DNA of 38,574 bases from the NCBI GenBank assembly GCA_944392065.1, contig CALXVO010000001.1, forward strand, positions 1 to 38,574. Direction: 5' to 3'. Below the pieces are notes generated by a model that worked only from the letters and a program-made list of their open reading frames with translations, did not search any database and was not told the DNA's origin. The stretch is from an uncultured Clostridia bacterium (GTDB lineage Bacteria > Bacillota > Clostridia > TANB77 > CAG-508). The translations under genes and the position numbers were made by a program. Below are positions 24,885-31,553 of this stretch, piece after piece. Position 1 is the first letter of the stretch, and every line of letters begins with the position of its first letter.

Positions 24885-26063
24885 TTATTTTGTTTTATAA
24901 ATTTTCTCTATCTTATTATTTACTTGCTCTGTTGTAAAGCTTTTCATATTTGTCAAAGTGGCTTCTATTTCACTTTCAGAGTTTAGTTTTGTTAATTCTT
25001 TTTCCTTTAAATTGATAATTCCTTTTAACAACTCTTCATTGTTATCTATTTTTATAACATACCCATTTACTCCGTCTTCTACTAAATCTCTACTTCCTCT
25101 ACAATCAGTTACAATTGCTGGTAACCCTGCCATTAGTCCTTCTATCACATTAACTGGTAAACCTTCTCTGTAACTTAAAGATAATAACATATCAGATATT
25201 TTTAGTAATTTTGGTACATCTTTTCTATAACCTAATAAATGTACATTTTTATTTAAGTTATATTCTTTTACTTTTTGTTTGTAAAAATCCTCTAATCCTC
25301 CAATTCCAACTATTAACAAATGTATATTTGAGTATTTTTTTACTAAGTCTTTCATTGCTTCTATTGCCATAATTTGATTTTTATTTTTATTTAGCTCTCC
25401 AACTTGTATTAAAACAAAATCATCGTCTTCTAATCCCAAGCTTTTTCTTAAATGATGCTTATGTTCTTTACTCATTTCGAAGTTAAATTTGTTTTCATCT
25501 ACTCCCACACCGTTAATAAGTTCAATTCTCTTGGCTTTAAATTTCTTCTTAGCTAATGCATAATCTTCTTTATTAATCGTTATCAAACAGTCAGTATATC
25601 TAGATAGCCACTTTTCTACCGGATAATAAATTATCCAATTTAAAAGTGGTGCTCCTTTATAAAAATGAAATCCATGAGCGGTATAAATAACCTTTAAATC
25701 TTTCCTTGGTAGCTTTCTACAAGCAAGTCTACCACACACTCCACCTATTGGAGAATGCATATGTATAATGTTATAGTTATTATCTTTTTGTACAATCTTT
25801 TTGATTTCTTTGTATGCTTTTATGTTAGATGTTGAAAATGGATTTCTTGCAAATGGTATATTATAACATTTTACGTTTATATTCTCTAATTCTTTCTTAA
25901 ATTCTTCTGTACGCTCTTTACTAATAGTTCCTCCATTTTCAAAATTAGTCGCAACATCTACTTGATAGCCTAGTTCTTGCAATATTTTTATGTTATTCAT
26001 ATTAAATTGCTCTATCATGGATGGTACAGAAGCAATTATTAATGCTTTTTTCATTCTATACAC
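24885..26063 (-). CDS. Family 4 (GT-B, retaining) glycosyltransferase
   Basis: This 392-aa ORF has the C-terminal motif EGLPVNVIEGLMAGLPAIVTDCRGSRDLVEDGVNG, typical of GT4. The start may be the internal ATG (MKKALIIAS). Confidence 0.8.
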   Translation of the reverse strand: MYRMKKALIIASVPSMIEQFNMNNIKILQELGYQVDVATNFENGGTISKERTEEFKKELENINVKCYNIPFARNPFSTSNIKAYKEIKKIVQKDNNYNIIHMHSPIGGVCGRLACRKLPRKDLKVIYTAHGFHFYKGAPLLNWIIYYPVEKWLSRYTDCLITINKEDYALAKKKFKAKRIELINGVGVDENKFNFEMSKEHKHHLRKSLGLEDDDFVLIQVGELNKNKNQIMAIEAMKDLVKKYSNIHLLIVGIGGLEDFYKQKVKEYNLNKNVHLLGYRKDVPKLLKISDMLLSLSYREGLPVNVIEGLMAGLPAIVTDCRGSRDLVEDGVNGYVIKIDNNEELLKGIINLKEKELTKLNSESEIEATLTNMKSFTTEQVNNKIEKIYKTK

Positions 26064-26913
26064 TTCTCCTTATTGATTCTTCATTGTCCACAACAATGTA
26101 ACTGAAATCACCAGATAATTCCTTTGCATAAACTTTAGTTCCAAATACTTTATTTACTAAATTTATTTTCTTAGACATCAGTCTTATTATTGGATTAAAC
26201 AATTTAATAAAATGCATTTTCTTATTCATACTTTCAGCCATAACTTTTATAATTTGCTTGGTACTAATATATTCTTTATTCTGAGGATAAAATGTTCCAT
26301 TTTTTTCATTATCTATAGCTTGTTTAATAAATTCGCAAAGGTTGTCTATGTATATCATGCTTCTTTCGTTTTCTACATTTGGAAAAATTGGACTTAATTT
26401 TGCAATTTTCTTTAATCTTTGAAAGTTTCCTTTGCAATTTTGTCCATAAACCATCGGTGTACGTATTATAACTGTTTTGAAATTTTCATTTTCTAGCTTT
26501 TTTATTCCTTCTTCTGCTTGTAGTTTACTATTTCCATAAAAATTCTTAGGTTGTGGAGCTGTATTTCTATCTATTACCTTTTTTTCTCCAATATGATCAT
26601 CATCACCATATATAATCATACTGCTCATAAATATAAATTGTTTTACATTTTCTTTTTTTGCCTTGTTTGCTACTTGAATGGCTAAATCACGATTTACTTT
26701 ATAATACAAATCTTCTAGCTTTTTGTCTGTAGAAACATGTGCTATGCCAGCCACATGAAGAATTGTATCATATTTTGAAAAATCTTCTTGCTCCCAATCT
26801 TGTGTTTTTACATCAAGTTCTGTTATTTCATATTGGTTTTCTTCTTTTTTTAGCCATTCTTTCACATGAGTACCAATATAGCTATTTTTCCCCGTTATTA
26901 GTATCTTCTTCAA
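26056..26913 (-). CDS. Short NAD-dependent epimerase/dehydratase-family (SDR) enzyme, possibly a sugar 4-keto reductase
   Basis: This 285-aa ORF shows ILITGKNSYIGTH (glycine-rich NAD motif) and YGNSK (YxxxK). The gene lies directly after the phosphoglycosyl transferase. Confidence 0.7.
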   Translation of the reverse strand: MKKILITGKNSYIGTHVKEWLKKEENQYEITELDVKTQDWEQEDFSKYDTILHVAGIAHVSTDKKLEDLYYKVNRDLAIQVANKAKKENVKQFIFMSSMIIYGDDDHIGEKKVIDRNTAPQPKNFYGNSKLQAEEGIKKLENENFKTVIIRTPMVYGQNCKGNFQRLKKIAKLSPIFPNVENERSMIYIDNLCEFIKQAIDNEKNGTFYPQNKEYISTKQIIKVMAESMNKKMHFIKLFNPIIRLMSKKINLVNKVFGTKVYAKELSGDFSYIVVDNEESIRRSV

Positions 26914-27532
26914 TTTTCTTTTCTCCTTTTTCTTCCACTTTTCCTTCTACTACACCATCGCTTTCAAAAACTTTAATTATGGTCTTAAAGAAAATTTTTA
27001 CATCTAGTAAAAAAGATATATTTTTAGTGTATTCGCCATCAATTTTGGCCTTTACTGGTATTTCAAGTTCATCTCTTCCACTTATTTGAGCAAGTCCTGT
27101 TAGTCCTGGTTTAATATCGTTTGCCCCATACTTATCTCTTTCAGCAATTAAATCATCTTGATTCCACAATGCTGGTCTAGGTCCAATTATACTCATATTT
27201 CCTTTTATGATATTTATAATTTGTGGAAGTTCATCTAAGCTTGTTTTTCTTAAAATTCTTCCCACTTTTGTTATATACATATCCGGGTTGTTTAACATGT
27301 GTGTAGGCATATCTTTTGGAGTATCTGCTCTCATTGTTCTAAATTTATATATCATAAAATATTTTTTATTTTTTCCTACTCTTTTTTGTCTAAAAAATAC
27401 TGGTCCTCGTGATTCTATTTTAATGCAAGCAGAGATTATTACACCTGGAATAAATAATATAATAATAGCTATAAGAGATAATACTACATCTATTATTCTT
27501 TTTATAAAAAAGTAAACTTTCTTTTTCTTCAT
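26882..27532 (-). CDS. Small monotopic phosphoglycosyl transferase (bacterial sugar transferase family; PglC/WbpL/EpsL-like initiating enzyme)
   Basis: This 216-aa ORF has one N-terminal hydrophobic segment and the motifs FRQKRVG, YKFRTM, DELPQ..N...G.MS.IGPRP and PGLTG. The Lys/Glu-rich tail overlaps the next gene by 32 nt. Confidence 0.85.
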   Translation of the reverse strand: MKKKKVYFFIKRIIDVVLSLIAIIILFIPGVIISACIKIESRGPVFFRQKRVGKNKKYFMIYKFRTMRADTPKDMPTHMLNNPDMYITKVGRILRKTSLDELPQIINIIKGNMSIIGPRPALWNQDDLIAERDKYGANDIKPGLTGLAQISGRDELEIPVKAKIDGEYTKNISFLLDVKIFFKTIIKVFESDGVVEGKVEEKGEKKIEEDTNNGEK

Positions 27533-29544
27533 ACATGTACTTGCTCCTTCATCTTATTAGTTCCCTGCTTTTTTATCTTGCTATGAATTTTATTCTTTTT
27601 TATATCTTGCTTAGTTTTTATATTGTCAACTTCATTTTTTTGTTTTACTTTTGTGTTGCAGTTAATCTCGAAGTTAGACTCTTCCTCTTCTGTTTTTCTT
27701 TCTTTATAAGTAGGAACTACCTTTTTCATATTTGCTTTAATTTTTTTAAGTTCTATATGTTCATCGGAAATAGTTTCCCTTAATATATCTAATTTTTTCT
27801 CTAATTCGTCCACCGTAATTCTGGAAGGTTTTGCAATAAATATTTTACTATGTTCTGTGCTTTTTAATCCTTCTTCATTCATTAATATTTCTTCATACAG
27901 TTTCTCGCCAGGGCGTAATCCTGTTATTTTTATTGGAATATCTACTTCTGGTTGTAGTCCAGATAGTTTTATTAAGCTTACTGCCAAATCATATATTTTA
28001 ACAGGTTCTCCCATATCTAGTACAAATATTTCTCCACCTTTTGCATAAGTGATAGCTTGTAATACAAGCTGTACTGCCTCTGGTATTGTCATAAAGAATC
28101 TTGTAATATCCTTATGAGTTACAGTAATAGGTCCACCTTTTGCAATTTGTTTTTTGAATAAAGGTACAACAGATCCGTTACTTCCTAGCACATTTCCAAA
28201 TCTAACTGCAACAAATTCTGTTTTGCTAACCTTATCTTTTGCTTGGATAATCATTTCACACATTCTTTTTGTTGCCCCCATTATGTTTGTTGGGTTTACC
28301 GCTTTATCTGTTGAGATTAATACACATCTTTTTACTTCATATTTATCACAGCAATTTGCAACATTATATGTACCAAATACATTGTTCTTTATTGCTTCTA
28401 ATGGGCTTGTTTCCATTAAAGGAACATGTTTATGGGCCGCAGCATGAAAAACAACATATGGCTTTACTTTTTCAAATATATTTTCCATTCTTGCTTTATC
28501 TCTAACACTTGCTACAATGGCATCTATCTTTATGTTATTAGTATTTGCTTTTAATTCTAATTCGATATCATACAAATTATTTTCATAAATATCAATTAAT
28601 ACCATTTCTTTTGGCTCGTATTTTGCTATTTGTCTACATAGTTCTGAACCAATAGATCCACCTGCTCCTGTAATTAATATAGTATGACCTTTTATTAACG
28701 TTTCTATATTATTATTATCTAGTACAATAGGGTCTCTTCCTAAAATATCTTCAATTTCTACATCCCTTAGATTTTGCATAACATTTTTTTCTGTAATAAA
28801 ATCTTGTATTCCAGGAAGTATTCTTAATTTAACACCTGTCTCTTGACATATATTTAGTATATCTTTTCTAGCTTTATTGTCTATGTTAGATATTGCAAAA
28901 AAGATAATATCAATTCTTTTTTCTTTGCATATTCTTACAATATCATTTCTATTTCCTAGTATTTCTACACCATTTATTTTACAATGTGCTTTTTTTATGT
29001 TGTCATCAATAATTCCAACAATATTATAACTAGTAATTAAGCTTTCTTTAATATTTTTTATAACTTCTCTACTAGCTTCTCCTCCACCAATAATAAGCAA
29101 ATTCTTTCTTTCCTGTTCTGGCTTAATGGTAACTTTGTTTGTCAGCATAAATTTAATAACTACTCGATAAAATATTAGCATAATTGCAGAAAAAATTCCT
29201 GCTAATAGATTTTCTCTTGGAGTTACTATTTTTAGATTAAATATTATTCCGATCATCGATACTACATTACATGAAACCATACTTACCAAAGCATATCCAA
29301 AATATTCTTTTGCACTTTCATAAATAGTAATATTTTTATATACTTCGAATAAGTTCAAAAATATCTCATATATAAAAACGGCAACTATTATTGTATTTAC
29401 CAAGTTTTCTGTTATCAATTCCTTTATTGCAATATCATTAAAAAGAAATATTTCTGAAATCAAGTATGATATTGCTATTACAAATATATCTATTAAAATC
29501 AAAATTATTTTTGTTAATTTTATTTTATCTACTAATATTTTCAT
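27529..29544 (-). CDS. Membrane-bound CapD/WbpM/PglF-type polysaccharide biosynthesis protein (UDP-GlcNAc 4,6-dehydratase family)
   Basis: This 671-aa ORF has four N-terminal TM helices. It carries two Rossmann motifs (LLIIGGGEASREV, ILITGAGGSIGSEL), an STDKAVNPTNIMGATKR active-site region and a Lys-rich C-terminal tail. Confidence 0.85.
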   Translation of the reverse strand: MKILVDKIKLTKIILILIDIFVIAISYLISEIFLFNDIAIKELITENLVNTIIVAVFIYEIFLNLFEVYKNITIYESAKEYFGYALVSMVSCNVVSMIGIIFNLKIVTPRENLLAGIFSAIMLIFYRVVIKFMLTNKVTIKPEQERKNLLIIGGGEASREVIKNIKESLITSYNIVGIIDDNIKKAHCKINGVEILGNRNDIVRICKEKRIDIIFFAISNIDNKARKDILNICQETGVKLRILPGIQDFITEKNVMQNLRDVEIEDILGRDPIVLDNNNIETLIKGHTILITGAGGSIGSELCRQIAKYEPKEMVLIDIYENNLYDIELELKANTNNIKIDAIVASVRDKARMENIFEKVKPYVVFHAAAHKHVPLMETSPLEAIKNNVFGTYNVANCCDKYEVKRCVLISTDKAVNPTNIMGATKRMCEMIIQAKDKVSKTEFVAVRFGNVLGSNGSVVPLFKKQIAKGGPITVTHKDITRFFMTIPEAVQLVLQAITYAKGGEIFVLDMGEPVKIYDLAVSLIKLSGLQPEVDIPIKITGLRPGEKLYEEILMNEEGLKSTEHSKIFIAKPSRITVDELEKKLDILRETISDEHIELKKIKANMKKVVPTYKERKTEEEESNFEINCNTKVKQKNEVDNIKTKQDIKKNKIHSKIKKQGTNKMKEQVHV

Positions 29545-29582
29545 TTTTTTAACAACTCTTCCTTTTATTGTTCACTACAAAA

Positions 29583-29598
29583 ATGATAGTACTATCAT
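29583..29598. promoter_or_regulatory. 16-bp perfect palindrome ATGATAGTACTATCAT in the polysaccharide-operon leader (possible operator or small hairpin)
   Basis: Read directly from the sequence. It lies about 40 nt upstream of the capD-like start codon and, on the minus strand, is followed by UUUUUG. Confidence 0.3.
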
Positions 29599-29623
29599 CT
29601 AATAATTATTCTATCCTCTATTT

Positions 29624-29719
29624 TCATATATTAATAATGTATTTATTAAGTGTTACATTTTTATTACATTCATTTTTTCTTAGGGCTGTAATAGTTACAG
29701 GCATTTCGGATGTTTTCAA
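29624..29719 (-). CDS. Candidate 31-codon leader ORF (MKTSEMPVTITALRKNECNKNVTLNKYIINI) in the polysaccharide-operon 5' leader
   Basis: The TTG start (complement of 29717-29719) lies 6 nt after GGAAGGAGA, about 35 nt downstream of the consensus promoter at 29759-29787. It is the distal part of the 70-aa track ORF. Confidence 0.25.
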   Translation of the reverse strand: MKTSEMPVTITALRKNECNKNVTLNKYIINI

Positions 29720-29758
29720 TGTAATTCTCCTTCCTCTTTCTATTACGGTTTCGCCCTT

Positions 29759-29787
29759 ATTATATATCATCTCTATATAATTTTCAA
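29759..29787 (-). promoter_or_regulatory. Near-consensus sigma-A promoter for the polysaccharide operon (TTGAAA-17-TATAAT)
   Basis: On the minus strand, TTGAAA is the complement of 29782-29787 and TATAAT the complement of 29759-29764, with a 17-nt spacer. The promoter lies about 215 nt upstream of the capD-like ATG. Confidence 0.5.
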
Positions 29788-29820
29788 CATTTTTCTTGTT
29801 TTTATGACTATATTTTTTTA

Positions 29821-30150
29821 TGAACTTTAGGGACACTCTTACAAGTTCACAATTAATACTTTATTTAAAAGTTAACAAAGGAGTGTATGTTTTTTAATTT
29901 TACGTTGGAGTGCTTAAGGTGGGGACCAACAAGTTTACACTTATTGGAAGTGAGACATGTGATGTGTGATATGAGAACTCAAAATAAATTATTTCACACT
30001 TCTCATCTCTCATTTCTCATTTCTCATTTCTCATAGTACAGTTTGTACGATGTTGGGGGCCGGAAACGTAAAATAAAAAAACATACACTCCTTCCAAAAA
30101 TGAATTGTAAATTATAGCATCTGAACTTTTAAGAGTGTCCCTAAGGTTCA
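29821..30150. repeat. 330-bp nested imperfect palindrome (element B) with 29-bp terminal inverted repeats
   Basis: The outer inverted repeats are 29821-29849 and 30122-30150 (27/29 match). The inner inverted repeats are 29878-29906 and 30065-30093 (28/29 match). The centre contains diverged heptad arrays on both arms. The right end overlaps the ldh stop codon. Confidence 0.7.
30000..30034. repeat. Five tandem heptamers (TTCTCAT/CTCTCAT)
   Basis: The units read ttctcat ctctcat ttctcat ttctcat ttctcat. The opposing arm (29949-29976) carries degenerate complementary heptads (agtgaga catgtga tgtgtga tatgaga). Confidence 0.75.
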
Positions 30151-31100
30151 TTTACAATTTTATCAATAGAATCTTCTCGCATCTTCTTAATAATTTTACA
30201 GCTCTCATTCAATTTTTTCTGTTCTTCTTCATCTAATTCTAAATCTAATAATTCTCGTACTCCTTTTGCATTAATTACCGCTGGTACCCCAATGTATATA
30301 TCTTCTTGCCCATAAGCACCATTTTCTAAATAAGTGGATACCGTAAGAATAGAGTTTTCATTGTCTAGTATTGCTCTTACAATTCTATTTAATGCCATAC
30401 CTATTCCGTAATATGTTGCTTTTTTCTTTTCAATTATTTCATAAGCGGCATCTACTACTCCTCTATGAATTTTTTCTAAATCTGTCATTGGATGCTTATT
30501 ATCTTTCATAACATCTATAACACTTTTGCAACCAATATATGCATGTTTCCATGGCACGAAAGAAGAATCTCCATGTTCTCCCATAATATAAGCATGAATG
30601 TTTTTACTAGATATTTTAAAGTAATCTGCTAATAAATAACGAAGTCTTGCTGTATCTAAAACTGTTCCTGAACCAAATACTTGGTTTTTAGGAAGTCCTG
30701 ATACTTTTGCTACAACATAAGTCATTAAATCTACAGGATTACTTGCAACCACAATAATTCCGTCAAATCCACTTGCCATTATTTGTTCTGTAATACTTTT
30801 CATGATTTTTGTGTTTACTTCTGCAAGCTCTAATCTTGTTTGGCCTGGTTTTTGTGCAGCTCCTGCTGTAATAACAACAATTTGTGCATCTTTGCAATCA
30901 CTATAATCTCCTGCTTTTATTACCATTTTTTGTGGAGCATATGGAAGTCCATGTGATAAGTCCATTTCCTCTCCAATTGTTTTATCTTTGTCCAAATCCA
31001 CTAAAACAAGTTCATTAATACCTCCTCTATTTAGCATTGAATATGCCATACTCATTCCAACAAATCCAGTTCCAACTAATACTATTTTTCCTTTTTTCAT
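30141..31100 (-). CDS. ldh: L-lactate dehydrogenase
   Basis: Motifs are KIVLVGTGFVGMS, ITAGAAQKPGQTRLEL and GEHGDS. I placed the start at the ATG at 31100, which lies 9 nt after AGGAGG (complement of 31110-31115). The track ORF extends to 31127. Confidence 0.9.
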   Translation of the reverse strand: MKKGKIVLVGTGFVGMSMAYSMLNRGGINELVLVDLDKDKTIGEEMDLSHGLPYAPQKMVIKAGDYSDCKDAQIVVITAGAAQKPGQTRLELAEVNTKIMKSITEQIMASGFDGIIVVASNPVDLMTYVVAKVSGLPKNQVFGSGTVLDTARLRYLLADYFKISSKNIHAYIMGEHGDSSFVPWKHAYIGCKSVIDVMKDNKHPMTDLEKIHRGVVDAAYEIIEKKKATYYGIGMALNRIVRAILDNENSILTVSTYLENGAYGQEDIYIGVPAVINAKGVRELLDLELDEEEQKKLNESCKIIKKMREDSIDKIVNEP

Positions 31101-31311
31101 AGTGTGTATCCTCCTATCTTTTCTCATAATTTTATCTTTATTACTTTATCATATCATACCTATTTTTTCAATTATTTATACGAATTGTGACAGGCTTTTG
31201 TCTGAATATTCTTAGCTTAGGGCAAATATTTTCCATAATTTGACAATCAAGTAAATATTATGTTATTACAATTATGCACCGTCTTTCTTAGTCTGAAAGG
31301 AGGGTAGCACT

Positions 31312-31380
31312 TTGAAAGACTTACTAAAGTTACTTAAACTATATGTTCTATATTTGATTATAAAACATATGGATGAGTAA
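31312..31380 (+). CDS. Candidate 22-aa amphipathic peptide MKDLLKLLKLYVLYLIIKHMDE (TTG start)
   Basis: The SD GAAAGGAGGG ends 7 nt before the TTG at 31312, and the stop is at 31378-31380. A strong terminator follows immediately. The ORF is on the plus strand between two minus-strand genes and is below the track cutoff. Confidence 0.35.
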   Translation: MKDLLKLLKLYVLYLIIKHMDE

Positions 31381-31383
31381 AAC

Positions 31384-31418
31384 AAAAAGACTAGGACTTG
31401 CGCTCCTAGTCTTTTTTT
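31384..31418 (+). terminator. Rho-independent terminator (plus strand)
   Basis: The stem pairs agactagga (31388-31396) with tcctagtct (31404-31412) around the loop cttgcgc. A T7 run follows, and flanking A4/T4 extend the stem. Confidence 0.7.
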
Positions 31419-31520
31419 CTTTACTATGAAAGACTTACTGTTTTTGACGTCAAATATATTTTAACATCATTTTTATTATATGTCAAATTTTTTTGCTTAT
31501 TCGTTTCTTTATGTATGCTA

Positions 31521-31553
31521 ATGAGAAATTGGGGACTGTCCCCAATTTCTCAT
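31521..31553. terminator. 15-bp perfect hairpin immediately after the clpC stop (operon terminator, possibly bidirectional)
   Basis: The stem pairs atgagaaattgggga (31521-31535) with tccccaatttctcat (31539-31553) around the loop ctg. There is no clean U tract on the minus strand, whereas the plus strand is T-rich downstream. Confidence 0.5.

Noticed and set aside
29690-29756. Possible c-di-GMP-I (GEMM-I) riboswitch in the polysaccharide leader, suggested by the GGGCGAAACC...GAAAGAGG resemblance.
   Set aside because: - Only a short stretch resembles the P1 side and the GNRA-loop side.
- The second hairpin and the ACGCAAAGC-type conserved core are missing.
29624-29836. The full 70-aa track ORF upstream of the polysaccharide operon.
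   Set aside because: - Its GTG start lies inside the left inverted repeat of element B and has no SD.
- The consensus promoter (29759-29787) sits inside it.
- I kept only the distal 31 codons downstream of the promoter and SD, at low confidence.
29887-30036. A 49-codon plus-strand ORF running through element B and its heptad repeats (MFFNFTLECLRWGPTS...), with a mirror-image 17-codon ORF on the other strand.
   Set aside because: - The GGAG lies only 3 nt from the ATG.
- Both ORFs are a by-product of the palindrome, which places the same AAGGAGTGTATG arm on each strand.
- The C-terminal part is just the translated tandem repeat.
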